Positions 1 to 9,291 are shown, numbered from the stretch's first letter. The stretch: 64,000 nucleotides of DNA from Sphingobacterium thalpophilum (GCA_943372285.1 CALRYA010000004.1:65517-129516), one strand, 5' to 3'. Numbers and translations: made by a program. The notes: generated by a model from the letters alone, not told the origin.

Positions 1-418
1 TGTGTTCGTATCGGCCAAATTGATCTTTAGTATGTGGTAAATATTCTTCGTAACGAGAAATTAAATAAAAAGAAGCTGCAAAAAAATCAAAAGGCACTAA
101 GGCTGTTTCAGCAGTTTTAAAAAATGCAGTCAATCCCTCCCACTCAAAACAATCAATGGATTGAACACGAATATTTTCTTCAAACAATAATTCATGAGGA
201 ATGATTTGAACTGACCGAGTGTTAATTTGCTCATTTTCAATGGACGCAGTCTTTATTTGTTGATCGGAATAATTAATTTTAAACCCTTCAAATTGATTGA
301 ACTCATCAACAGAATTGGTAATTGTTGCTTTTGATTCAAAAACCTGTTCAACTATATAGCGAAGGCGTTCATTGGAAATAGTACAATAAACCAATATAGT
401 AGAACCATCATTAGTCAT
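1..418 (-). CDS. N-terminal 139 codons of a gene that runs off the window; DUF7033/polysaccharide-deacetylase-like protein
   Basis: Absent from the ORF track because there is no stop in the window. A reverse-strand ATG at 418-416 overlaps the stop of the upstream gene (ATGACTAA). My translation MTNDGSTILVYCTISNERLRYIVEQVF...FDFFAASFYLISRYEEYLPHTKDQFGRYEH stays open to position 2. From memory, the FAASFYLxSRYEEYLPH motif occurs in Bacteroidota proteins annotated as polysaccharide deacetylase family. Confidence 0.45.
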   Translation of the reverse strand, partial: MTNDGSTILVYCTISNERLRYIVEQVFESKATITNSVDEFNQFEGFKINYSDQQIKTASIENEQINTRSVQIIPHELLFEENIRVQSIDCFEWEGLTAFFKTAETALVPFDFFAASFYLISRYEEYLPHTKDQFGRYEH

Positions 419-1784
419 GCGATTGCTTCCAACGTTCATTAAAGGTTTGCTTACTAAAATCCAATTCACTTCTGTGAGCAGTCCATCCTTTGAATACTTT
501 ATTGACTACCCAGTTTTTCATTTTTGAATTCGCAGCATTCATCATAAATCGGTTTAAACTAGCAGTTTTCCAAGCTTTCCAAGCCAATCGTTCTGCAATT
601 GAACTAGTGCCTTGTTTTACCGATTCGTGTCGATTGTCTAATAATAATTCGTGCAGATTTATTCGTACGGGGCATACTTCAGTACAATTGCCACAAAGTG
701 ATGAAGCATAACTCAAATGTTTGTATTCCTCCATCCCACTTAAATAGGGAGTAATCACTTCTCCAATTGGTCCACTATAAGTAGTTTCATATGCATGGCC
801 TCCAATATTTTTATATACAGGACAAGCATTTAAACAAGCTCCACATCTTATACAGTACAATGCCTCTCTAGCAGTTGGATTGGCCAATAAATTGGTTCTT
901 CCATTATCTAAAAGAATTACAATCATTTCTTCCGGACCATCTGTTTCATTGGAAAGCTTAGGGCCTGCAATAATGGTATTATAAACGGTTACTTTTTGAC
1001 CAGTTCCGTAGGTAGATAGCAATGGCCAAAACAAAGCAAGATCATGCACCGAAGGAATTACTTTTTCAATACCTACAATAACAATGTGTGTCTTAGGCCA
1101 AGCACAGCTTAATCTAGCATTGCCTTCGTTTTCGGTAACTGCAATAGCGCCAATATCTGGTAATATAAAATTCGCCCCAGTAACACCTACTTCGGCCTGC
1201 ACATATTTTTCACGCAATTTTTTTCTTGCAACAAGGGTAAGTTCCTCTGGTGTCAACCCACCTGGAGTACCTAATTTTTGAGCAAATAATTTTGCAACAT
1301 CTTCTTTACTCTTATGCATTGCAGGCGTCACAATATGATATGGTGCTTCTCCATCTAACTGTTGAATATATTCTCCCAAATCGGTTTCAACACTTTCAAT
1401 GCCGTTCGATTCTAGATAACTATTTAAATGAATCTCTTCGGTAACCATGCTCTTGCTCTTAACCAATGTTTTGCAATTGGCTTGCTTACAAATAGCACCG
1501 ATATATTCCAAAGCCTGATTGCCTGTTTCAGCCCATAGCACTTTAGCTCCTCTCTCCGTTATTTTTTTCTCAAACTCTTCCAGGTATTTATCTAAATTTT
1601 CAATGGCATCCCATTTTTTATTCTTGGCCATTTCACGTGCAGCCATTACATCAGTAAACTGTTTTTTACCGATAGGTACTACAGCATTGTATTTACTGAT
1701 GTTGAAATTGATTTTTCTGCGATGGTCTAAATCTGCAGATTTGATGGTACTCTTCGCTATGAATGATGCCGCATTATTATTCAT
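411..1784 (-). CDS. LutB/LldF-like iron-sulfur protein (LUD/DUF162 region plus two 4Fe-4S ferredoxin motifs)
   Basis: 457-aa ORF with two cysteine motifs, CIRCGACLNACPVY and CGNCTEVCPV. Size and layout match the LutB family. Both ends overlap neighbouring genes by 8 nt. Confidence 0.75.
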   Translation of the reverse strand: MNNNAASFIAKSTIKSADLDHRRKINFNISKYNAVVPIGKKQFTDVMAAREMAKNKKWDAIENLDKYLEEFEKKITERGAKVLWAETGNQALEYIGAICKQANCKTLVKSKSMVTEEIHLNSYLESNGIESVETDLGEYIQQLDGEAPYHIVTPAMHKSKEDVAKLFAQKLGTPGGLTPEELTLVARKKLREKYVQAEVGVTGANFILPDIGAIAVTENEGNARLSCAWPKTHIVIVGIEKVIPSVHDLALFWPLLSTYGTGQKVTVYNTIIAGPKLSNETDGPEEMIVILLDNGRTNLLANPTAREALYCIRCGACLNACPVYKNIGGHAYETTYSGPIGEVITPYLSGMEEYKHLSYASSLCGNCTEVCPVRINLHELLLDNRHESVKQGTSSIAERLAWKAWKTASLNRFMMNAANSKMKNWVVNKVFKGWTAHRSELDFSKQTFNERWKQSHD

Positions 1785-2373
1785 TGGACGATTGTTTTTT
1801 TAGCTGCTCTGCTGAAGCAGACAATGCATCGTAAAACTCCTCACCGTATTTCCTGATCAATGCATCTTTTAAAAAAATATACACAGGTACTTTTAATTTT
1901 TTGCCCAGATTGCAACCCGATTTACATAAGTCTGTTCTTGGTTGATAATTAACATATTCTATATCGGGGTCTTTTTTACTCTTTTTAGTGAGTATTGGAA
2001 ATAAATGACAACTCAATGGTTTTTTCCAATCCAGCTTTCCGTCATTATAAGCTTGTTCAATCCCACATTTGATAATTCCGTTTTCGTCTTTTAAACCATA
2101 AGCACATATTGCCCCATCAATGGTTGGAGTTACCCAACCAAATTCTTGATCATACACATATTTCCCAGATCTTTTAACTTCTGCGATGCCTTCCTTAGTC
2201 ATATAAGGTTTAATGACATCGTAAAATTCATCGAGTTTTTTTAATTCCCATTTCTCCATAGGAGCCCCTGCATCGCCATCTTCGCAACAACCACCTTTGC
2301 ATTTGTTGAGATCACAAACAAATTGTTCGGAAACCACATCGTCACTTACCAGTACATGATCTATTGCTATCAT
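1777..2373 (-). CDS. Cys-rich DUF3109-like protein
   Basis: 198-aa ORF with a CDLNKCKGGCCEDG motif and further conserved Cys residues (CAYG, KCG, SCHLFP, CKSGC). The family name is from memory. Its stop overlaps the LutB-like start (ATGAATAA). Confidence 0.5.
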   Translation of the reverse strand: MIAIDHVLVSDDVVSEQFVCDLNKCKGGCCEDGDAGAPMEKWELKKLDEFYDVIKPYMTKEGIAEVKRSGKYVYDQEFGWVTPTIDGAICAYGLKDENGIIKCGIEQAYNDGKLDWKKPLSCHLFPILTKKSKKDPDIEYVNYQPRTDLCKSGCNLGKKLKVPVYIFLKDALIRKYGEEFYDALSASAEQLKKQSSNE

Positions 2374-2412
2374 TATTGCATACTATTTGTGTAAAGATAG
2401 GCGAATAATCAA

Positions 2413-3021
2413 CTAGGGTTGGTTCTTACGCCACTTAAAACTATTAATCAAATGTTTAACATCTTCCATTAAAAAATGGTTGACAATTCCCAAAGAATCG
2501 GCATTGGGAGTTGCATCAAAATAAAGTGCTCCTCTAAAAAAATGTTTCGTTGAATCGGTTAAGAAGAATTGATTAGCGGTTGCCACATCACCCCCTACTG
2601 TAAAAAAAACACCATGTACTCCATTACTGGTATTGATCAGTGAATCATCAATTGAATAGGCTTTGCTGGTATGTTTACCAGTAAGTGCAAATGATTGTTT
2701 TATTAGAGTATCAAAACGATTCACTCCAATTGCTTTATAACTCACATAAATCCTACCATTGAAGGATGGAAAATTGATATTGATCCACCAAGGATTTTCT
2801 GTGGTTTGTTCAAAGAAAGTACTGTCTTTGTTAATTGTTGCATAAACCGGATACTCAAAAGTATATGGATAGCCGGGTTGATTAAACAATTGGTATTCTT
2901 TTTTGGGGAAAGGGATATTAAAATATCCTACCTGCTTTGGTGTGAACGGGCTATTACATGCAAAAAAAATAATACAAAAAGGGATCGAAATCAATATTAC
3001 CAGCAACCGTTTTTGCATCAT
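2413..3021 (-). CDS. gldD: gliding motility lipoprotein GldD
   Basis: 202-aa ORF with a signal peptide ending in the lipobox-like FFAC|NS. It lies immediately downstream of a gldE-type gene, the arrangement described for Flavobacterium johnsoniae gldE-gldD. Confidence 0.65.
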   Translation of the reverse strand: MMQKRLLVILISIPFCIIFFACNSPFTPKQVGYFNIPFPKKEYQLFNQPGYPYTFEYPVYATINKDSTFFEQTTENPWWININFPSFNGRIYVSYKAIGVNRFDTLIKQSFALTGKHTSKAYSIDDSLINTSNGVHGVFFTVGGDVATANQFFLTDSTKHFFRGALYFDATPNADSLGIVNHFLMEDVKHLINSFKWRKNQP

Positions 3022-3028
3022 TGTAGGA

Positions 3029-4375
3029 TTAATCTTCGCTCAATTCTTTTTTAATGGTCACTTTGATTTTATTGATTCTGTTTTTAGCCACTTCTAAAAC
3101 GGTGAATTCAAAATCACCAGAACTTAAAACCGTAGCAGCCAATGGTATCTCGCCAGCAATTTCCAAAACCAATCCAGCCAAAGAATCACTCTCCCCTTTA
3201 ATATCATCAAAAGTATCGGCACCTAATCCCATCGCTTTACAAACATCATTGATCATGGTTTTTCCTTCGAAAATATAATTATGGTCATCTAGTTTTTTAT
3301 GTCCCAATTCTTCTTCATCAAATTCATCTTTAATATCACCAATAATTTCTTCTAAAATATCTTCGAGTGTTACAATTCCGCTGGTTCCTCCAAATTCATC
3401 AACAACTACAGCAAAATGAATTCGCTTCGCCTGAAAATCGTTGAGCAGATCTTCAATTAGTTTTTGTTCGTGAACAAAATAGGGAGGCCTGATTAATCCA
3501 TGCCAATTATAATCATCAGCTTCATCTAAAAAGGGCAAAAGATCTTTTGTATGGATCATCCCTACCACATTATCCAATTCTTCTTTAAAAACAGGGAGAC
3601 GGCTATAATGCAATTCTCTCACCGTTTCCATCAAAGTAGCAAAACTGGTTTCATCGTCAATACCATGTACATCAACCCTGGTTTTCATCACTTGTTTTAC
3701 CGTGATATTTCCAAATTTTACAATTCCTTTCAGGATGTTTTTTTCATTTTCCGAAGCGGTGTTTTCTGTAGTAATATCAATGGCATGGTCTAATTCTTCT
3801 AAACTATAGGCACCATTGGTTCTTGTAGATAATTTTCGTTCAATAATATCCGAATATTTCACCAATCTCTTGCTCAAGCCAGATGTGAGATAGGTAAGAA
3901 ATTGTACAATCCCACCAAAATCTTTTGCAAATCGAATATTGTTTTGCGTTGCCAATACCTTAGGCATTACTTCTCCAAATAAAACCAACACAAATGATAC
4001 AGCTATTACTTTGATCAGAAATTCTACCCAAGCAGCATTGAACTGTTCGAAGTTGAACATTTGATCGATGAGTAAATTAGAAATGATAATGATAGAGATA
4101 TTAATAAAGCTATTTGCAATAAGTAAGGAACCTAATAACACTTTTGGCTCCTCCAACATATCTACAATTCGTTGATAGGGAGGTTGTTGCTTAGACCTTA
4201 GTACATTGATGTCCTTATGTGTGAGTGAAAAAAAAGCCACTTCAGCACCTGCTAAAACAAAGGAAAGAAACAATAAACAGATCAATAACATGATGAGTAC
4301 GGTAGTACCCTGAGCTTGTATAGCTGCTAACAAATGTACTGACGATAAAAATCCAATAACCGGGTGGTGATCCAA
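3029..4375 (-). CDS. gldE: gliding motility protein GldE (DUF21 membrane domain + CBS pair + CorC/HlyC C-terminal domain)
   Basis: 448-aa ORF with N-terminal TM helices followed by a CBS/CorC-like soluble region (TVKQVMKTRVDV..., FAVVVDEFGGTSGIVTLEDILEEIIGDI). Its position between ssb and gldD matches the known gld locus. Confidence 0.75.
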   Translation of the reverse strand: MDHHPVIGFLSSVHLLAAIQAQGTTVLIMLLICLLFLSFVLAGAEVAFFSLTHKDINVLRSKQQPPYQRIVDMLEEPKVLLGSLLIANSFINISIIIISNLLIDQMFNFEQFNAAWVEFLIKVIAVSFVLVLFGEVMPKVLATQNNIRFAKDFGGIVQFLTYLTSGLSKRLVKYSDIIERKLSTRTNGAYSLEELDHAIDITTENTASENEKNILKGIVKFGNITVKQVMKTRVDVHGIDDETSFATLMETVRELHYSRLPVFKEELDNVVGMIHTKDLLPFLDEADDYNWHGLIRPPYFVHEQKLIEDLLNDFQAKRIHFAVVVDEFGGTSGIVTLEDILEEIIGDIKDEFDEEELGHKKLDDHNYIFEGKTMINDVCKAMGLGADTFDDIKGESDSLAGLVLEIAGEIPLAATVLSSGDFEFTVLEVAKNRINKIKVTIKKELSED

Positions 4376-4392
4376 AACTGGGCGCTTTAATT

Positions 4393-4423
4393 AAAAAAGA
4401 AGCAATGCTTTACAAGCTTTGCT
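4393..4423 (-). terminator. hairpin plus T-tract downstream of ssb (minus strand)
   Basis: The arms agcaatgct (4401-4409) and agctttgct (4415-4423) pair with one mismatch. On the minus strand the stem is followed by cttttttaa. Confidence 0.5.
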
Positions 4424-4457
4424 ATATTACTATCACAAAAATATCATTTATCAACCA

Positions 4458-4886
4458 TTAAAATGGCAGAGATTCTCCAGGGTCGGGTAATAAATTAGGT
4501 GAATCGCCAAAACCTTCTAATCCTTCTCCAAAACCTGGTCCGCCAGGTGCATCAGCTCTTTTATCGAGCATGATCAGATTGTCTCCAACTATTTCGGTTG
4601 CAAATTTTTTATGCCCCTCTTTATCTTCCCAGCTTCTGGTTCTTAATCTACCTTCCACATAAATAAGACTTCCTTTATGGAGAAATTTTTGAGCCAGTTC
4701 GGCCAAGCCTCGCCATAGAACAACTGTATGCCATTCAGTTTGTGATACTAGTTTGCCTGTTCTGTCTTTATAGGTTTCTGTAGTTGCTAATGGAAATTTG
4801 GCTACTGCTATATTGCCTTCTAATTGCTGGACATCGGGATCTTTGCCCAAATTGCCAATCAACATGACCTTATTAACACCACGCAT
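4458..4886 (-). CDS. ssb: single-stranded DNA-binding protein
   Basis: 142 aa. N-terminal OB-fold signature VNKVMLIGNLGKDPDV, a Gly/Pro-rich tail and an acidic C-terminal tip ending ...LPF. Confidence 0.9.
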   Translation of the reverse strand: MRGVNKVMLIGNLGKDPDVQQLEGNIAVAKFPLATTETYKDRTGKLVSQTEWHTVVLWRGLAELAQKFLHKGSLIYVEGRLRTRSWEDKEGHKKFATEIVGDNLIMLDKRADAPGGPGFGEGLEGFGDSPNLLPDPGESLPF

Positions 4887-4971
4887 AGTAGAACATTTTT
4901 GGTATTGACAAATCTTCGTTTAAAAATACCCCTTTTTTGTTAAATAAATAACTTCTACAATAAAAATGAAG

Positions 4972-6072
4972 TTAAAGTGGGGCTTCAAAATAAGCAGTAA
5001 TGAACCTTGGGAATGCCAGTTGCTTCAATGCAGACTTGTTCATCCATTGCAATCCGTTCAAAGCGGCGGGAATTGTTTGAAGGTTGATTTCGATAAACTG
5101 CCCATTGATTTGTTGATGGGTCAATTGTTGTTTTTTGGGAGTTGAAATCTGTTTGATTGAAGCATCTTCTATCCCTAATTGATCATGTAAAAATTGATCA
5201 ACCGATTTCTTATTCCATTTTATTTCTTTGGTTGATTCATACAAATAAAATTCATGTAATCCTTGCCAGATATCTTTGTTGGCTCTCTGCACAACCGCCG
5301 TTTTGCCATTCATTTGAAAAATAAAATAATAAAACCAGCGGTATTTTTTTTGAATGACTTTGGATTTTACCGGTAAAACATTCACCTTGCCAAAAGCAAG
5401 TGCGGTGCAGTTTTCATTCAAAATACAGGTAGCACATAATGGCAATGCTGGTTTACAAACAGTAGCCCCAAAATCCATAATAGCTTGATTATACAAACCA
5501 GGTTCTTTTACCAACAATAATTCATTGGCCCATTTTGTAAATAAAAATTTGCCTGTAGTAGAATCAGTAGGTTCATCTATTCCAAAATACCTTGCGATTA
5601 CTCTAAACACATTTCCATCCACAACTGCATATGGCTGATTATAGGCGAATGATGCAATTGCAGCGGCAGTGTATGGACCAACTCCTTTTAATTGTAATAT
5701 TTCTTCATAATGTGTAGGGAAAATGCCGCCTAATTCAAAAGCAATATACCTGGCAGTAATTAAAATATTTTTACAACGAGAATAATAACCCAGGCCTTCC
5801 CATAATTTAAACACCTGTTCGTCTTTGGCATTGGCTAAGTCTAGAATATTCGGGTACTTTTCAATAAATCGATTATAATAAGCCAGCCCTTGCTCCACCC
5901 TTGTTTGTTGAAGGATAATTTCACTGAGCCAGATTTTATAGGGGTCCTTCTCCCCTTTCCAGGGCATTATTCGCCTGTTAAATTGACTATTCCAAGTCAT
6001 TAACCGCTTAGTAAACAAGGTTTTAGCCGATTTTTCGAGGGAGTTTTCGTTATTTTTTAAAGAATTGCTCAA
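4972..6072 (-). CDS. mutY: A/G-specific adenine DNA glycosylase MutY
   Basis: 366 aa. HhH-GPD motifs (LQQTRV, GLGYYSR, GVGPYTAAAI), a four-Cys Fe-S cluster loop (CKPALPLCATCILNENC) and a C-terminal NUDIX-like domain. Confidence 0.9.
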   Translation of the reverse strand: MSNSLKNNENSLEKSAKTLFTKRLMTWNSQFNRRIMPWKGEKDPYKIWLSEIILQQTRVEQGLAYYNRFIEKYPNILDLANAKDEQVFKLWEGLGYYSRCKNILITARYIAFELGGIFPTHYEEILQLKGVGPYTAAAIASFAYNQPYAVVDGNVFRVIARYFGIDEPTDSTTGKFLFTKWANELLLVKEPGLYNQAIMDFGATVCKPALPLCATCILNENCTALAFGKVNVLPVKSKVIQKKYRWFYYFIFQMNGKTAVVQRANKDIWQGLHEFYLYESTKEIKWNKKSVDQFLHDQLGIEDASIKQISTPKKQQLTHQQINGQFIEINLQTIPAALNGLQWMNKSALKQLAFPRFITAYFEAPL

Positions 6073-6235
6073 TTTTTAGGGCTAAATGTTAAATATATAA
6101 TCAATTTTATAACTGTAAGTGGTTGAATTATTTGGGGTACGAAGTATAAATTGACAAAAATAGTTATATCTTTCTTGTATAATTCACATTTTTTATTTTA
6201 CTTTAAGTACCATAAATGGTCATAAATCATCCACA

Positions 6236-6520
6236 ATGAGAAAATCAGATCTCATCAATAACATTTCTGAAAAAACTGGCATCCCAAAAGTGGATGTTTT
6301 GGTTACTTTAGAAACCATGTTCAAGGAAGTAAAAGATAGCCTATCTCAAGGCCAAAACATATATATACGTGGGTTTGGGAGTTTTATCACCAAGAAAAGA
6401 GCAGCTAAAATTGGTAGAAATATCAAAAAGAATATCGCTGTAGAAATTCCTGAACATTTTATTCCTGCTTTTAAACCCGCTAAAGAATTTGTTAGTGAGG
6501 TAAAAAGCAAGCGTAAGTAA
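6236..6520 (+). CDS. HU/IHF-family DNA-binding protein
   Basis: 94 aa. SDLINNISEKTGIPKVDV...IRGFGSF...RNIKKNIAVEIPEHFIPAFKP is typical of the HU fold. Confidence 0.85.
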   Translation: MRKSDLINNISEKTGIPKVDVLVTLETMFKEVKDSLSQGQNIYIRGFGSFITKKRAAKIGRNIKKNIAVEIPEHFIPAFKPAKEFVSEVKSKRK

Positions 6521-6547
6521 GTTACCTTTGCGAAAATTTATCGCTTA

Positions 6548-7402
6548 GTGAAAAAGTCTCCAATTATACTTACTGTCTTATCCCTGGTTTTATTATTCGG
6601 ATTGTATTTTGGCGGAAGAACCGTTCCGCTTAAAACAAATACCACGCATTCCGAGAATGATGGCCACGATCATTCAGCCGAAAAAATCGATTTTAAGAAG
6701 GATATTTTGGCTGAAGCCAAGCAGAAATTAAGCCCTGAACAGTCTCAAAGAATTACAGCATTAGAAAATTCTGTAATACGTGGGGATGTCAACGAGCAAC
6801 AAATTCATGTATATCACCAATTGGCTAGGTTCTGGAAAGATTCGGCCAAATTGTTTGAACCCTATGCATATTATACTGCCGAAGCATCTAAGTTGGAAAA
6901 TTCTGAAAAAAGCCTCACCTTTGCCGCCCGCTTGTTTTTAGATAGACTAATGGCAACGTCGGAGCCAGCCATGCAAACATGGTTAGCTAGTAACGCAAAA
7001 GTTCTTTTAGAAAACGCCCTGAAAATCAATCCTGCTAATGATTCCAGCAAGATTGGACTAGGCGCCTGTTATATCTTCGGAAACATCAGTAGCAACCCTA
7101 TGGAGGGTATTTTACCGGTGCGGGAAGTGGTTCAACGCAACCCCGGAAATGTATATGGTCAGATGGTTTTAGGCCTTGGAGGCAAAAAAAGTGGTCAATA
7201 CGATAAAGCGATTGAACGTTTTTTAGCTGTTTTAAAAGCCGAACCAACCAATGTAGAAGCAGTATTTCATATTGCTGAATCATATGACCTAAAAGGAGAT
7301 AAAGCCAATGCGATTGTTTATTATGAAAAAGCAAAGCAATTGGTGAATATTCCTGAAGCTAAGGAAGAGCTGAACAAAAGAATCATTGAGTTGAGAAAAT
7401 AA
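6548..7402 (+). CDS. TPR-repeat protein with N-terminal membrane anchor or signal sequence
   Basis: 284 aa with a GTG start and a hydrophobic N-terminus. The C-terminal half has TPR-like repeats (GQYDKAIERFLAVLKAEPTNVEA, GDKANAIVYYEKA). Confidence 0.6.
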   Translation: MKKSPIILTVLSLVLLFGLYFGGRTVPLKTNTTHSENDGHDHSAEKIDFKKDILAEAKQKLSPEQSQRITALENSVIRGDVNEQQIHVYHQLARFWKDSAKLFEPYAYYTAEASKLENSEKSLTFAARLFLDRLMATSEPAMQTWLASNAKVLLENALKINPANDSSKIGLGACYIFGNISSNPMEGILPVREVVQRNPGNVYGQMVLGLGGKKSGQYDKAIERFLAVLKAEPTNVEAVFHIAESYDLKGDKANAIVYYEKAKQLVNIPEAKEELNKRIIELRK

Positions 7403-7433
7403 ATTATTGTTTAACTATTTAAAATGTCTTGGT

Positions 7434-7529
7434 ATGCCTTGTGGTAAGAAAAGAAAGCGTCATAAAATTGCGACGCACAAAAGAAAAAAACGTTTGAGAA
7501 AGAATCGTCATAAGAAGAAGAATAAATAA
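7434..7529 (+). CDS. 31-aa highly basic micro-protein resembling ribosomal protein bS22
   Basis: Below the ORF-track size cutoff. ATG at 7434 gives MPCGKKRKRHKIATHKRKKRLRKNRHKKKNK, with TAA at 7527-7529, followed by a hairpin. The K/R pattern resembles mycobacterial bS22 and the bS22 reported in the Flavobacterium johnsoniae ribosome structure (from memory). Confidence 0.55.
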   Translation: MPCGKKRKRHKIATHKRKKRLRKNRHKKKNK

Positions 7530-7553
7530 TTCTGCTTCTATTGAACATATTTT

Positions 7554-7585
7554 AAATGCACTGCAACCCATGTTGCGGTGCATTT
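7554..7585 (+). terminator. stem-loop after the micro-ORF
   Basis: aaatgcactgcaac / ccat / gttgcggtgcattt forms a 14-bp stem with one G-U pair. The A/T runs lie inside the stem, and there is no separate long T-tract. Confidence 0.45.
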
Positions 7586-7703
7586 AATACTTATCTACAT
7601 GATGTCGCTGCATCCTTCTAGCTGCAACTTTACTTACTTTCCTTCCTTCTAAGCAACGACACTGTATAGTTTAAGTAGATGAACACTCCCTGCAATTAGG
7701 AGA

Positions 7704-9284
7704 GTGTATTTGTATTTTAAAGTTGCCATAGTGAACAAAGAACTGATAATTAACGCAGCACCTACAGGTGTAGAAATAGCTCTGTTAGAAGATAAACAAC
7801 TGGTTGAGTTACATAACGAAAGTGCCAATATGCATTTTGCAGTAGGCGATTTGTATTTAGGTAAAGTAAAAAAACTCATACCAGGACTGAATGCAGCATT
7901 TGTGGATGTAGGCTTTGAGAAAGACGCATTCCTACACTATACCGACCTTAGCCCCTATGTAAAATCGATTATCAAGTACACCCAAATGGCCATGAATGAT
8001 AAAGAGCCAAATGGTTTTGATTTTGCCAAATTTCAAACAGAACCGGAGATTGTAAAAAGCGGAAAGATCAATGAAGTACTTAGCGGAAAGCCCAATGTAT
8101 TGGTTCAGATTCTAAAGGAACCCATTGCTGCAAAAGGACCTCGTTTAAGTTGCGAAATTTCATTGCCCGGAAGATTTGTTGTTGTTACCCCATTCAATGA
8201 AATAGTGGCTGTTTCTAAAAAAATTCATTCTTCAGAAGAGCGTAAGCGATTGCATAAAATTGTGGAAGCCATTCGTCCGAAAAATTTCGGCATCATTGTA
8301 CGTACCGCTGCAGAAGGAAAAAGCACTGCAGAATTGCATCAAGATTTATTGGCCATTACAGATAATTGGAAGAGTATTCAAGCCAATTTAAAAGGCGCTG
8401 TTGCACCCATTCGTATATTAAGTGAAGAAACGAAAACAACCAGTATTCTGCGCGATTTATTGAGTGCAGATTTTAATAAAGTAGTAGTAAATGATAAAAA
8501 TTTATTTACTGTTACTCAAAATTATATTCAAAGAATTGCACCAGATAAAACAGATATCGTTAGTTTATATCAAGGTGGCGGATTGCCTATTTTTGATCAA
8601 TATGGAATTACCAAGCAAGTAAAAGCTTCTTTCGGAAAAACGGTGAATTTGCCAAGTGGTGCTTATTTAATTATTGAGCATACCGAAGCATTGCATGTGA
8701 TTGATGTGAACAGCGGCTTTAAAAGTGTGAGCAATAACCAGGAGGAGAATGCCCTACAAACCAATATGGAAGCGGCTGAAGAGATATCACGCCAATTGCG
8801 ATTGCGCGATATCGGAGGAATTATTGTGGTAGATTTCATTGATATGAAATTACCAGATAATAAAAGAAAAGTGCAGGAAGCCATGGAAGGTTTTATGAAA
8901 CCGGACAGAGCAAAGCATTCGGTACTCCCTATTTCTAAATTTGGCTTGATGCAAATTACGCGTCAAAGAATGCGCCCTGAAGTAAATATCAATACTTCAG
9001 AATCTTGCCCGGTTTGTAATGGAACAGGAAAAATTACGTCTACTTTATTATTGGAAGATGAAATTGAAAAGCGCTTATATTATTTAAGTTCTCATGCGCA
9101 CAAAAATCTTACACTGGTAGTAAATCCGATTGTTTATTCGCATTTAACCAAAGGGTTCTTCAGCAATATTGTAAAGCGCTGGAGTAAAAAGTTTAAGACA
9201 AAAATTAAAGTGAAGGAGAATACCAATTATCATATCATTGAATTCAGGTTTTTCAATGAACATGAAGAAGAGATAAAATTATAA
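7704..9284 (+). CDS. rng: ribonuclease G/E family (Rne/Rng)
   Basis: 526-aa ORF with an S1 domain (GDLYLGKVKKLIPGLNAAFVDVGFEKDAFLH) and catalytic-core motifs (HVIDVNSG, GIIVVDFIDM). The true start is probably the GTG at 7731 (xNKELIINAAP...), which matches typical N-termini. The ATG at 7704 is the ORF-track start. Confidence 0.85.
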   Translation: MYLYFKVAIVNKELIINAAPTGVEIALLEDKQLVELHNESANMHFAVGDLYLGKVKKLIPGLNAAFVDVGFEKDAFLHYTDLSPYVKSIIKYTQMAMNDKEPNGFDFAKFQTEPEIVKSGKINEVLSGKPNVLVQILKEPIAAKGPRLSCEISLPGRFVVVTPFNEIVAVSKKIHSSEERKRLHKIVEAIRPKNFGIIVRTAAEGKSTAELHQDLLAITDNWKSIQANLKGAVAPIRILSEETKTTSILRDLLSADFNKVVVNDKNLFTVTQNYIQRIAPDKTDIVSLYQGGGLPIFDQYGITKQVKASFGKTVNLPSGAYLIIEHTEALHVIDVNSGFKSVSNNQEENALQTNMEAAEEISRQLRLRDIGGIIVVDFIDMKLPDNKRKVQEAMEGFMKPDRAKHSVLPISKFGLMQITRQRMRPEVNINTSESCPVCNGTGKITSTLLLEDEIEKRLYYLSSHAHKNLTLVVNPIVYSHLTKGFFSNIVKRWSKKFKTKIKVKENTNYHIIEFRFFNEHEEEIKL

Positions 9285-9291
9285 AGCTAGT

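Noticed and set aside
490-1803. Four plus-strand ORFs (64-94 aa) opposite the LutB-like gene
   Set aside because: They are antisense to a gene with clear Fe-S motifs, their translations are low-complexity or hydrophobic, and no motifs are present. These are typical shadow ORFs.
6226-6235. DnaA-box-like sequence atcatccaca just before the HU gene
   Set aside because: It is a single imperfect copy with no cluster of boxes, no AT-rich unwinding element pattern and no dnaA or dnaN nearby.
7556-7621. 21-codon Cys-rich micro-ORF MHCNPCCGAFNTYLHDVAASF
   Set aside because: Its Cys codons are created by the two arms of the terminator hairpin (tgcac.../...gtgca), and there is no other support for coding.
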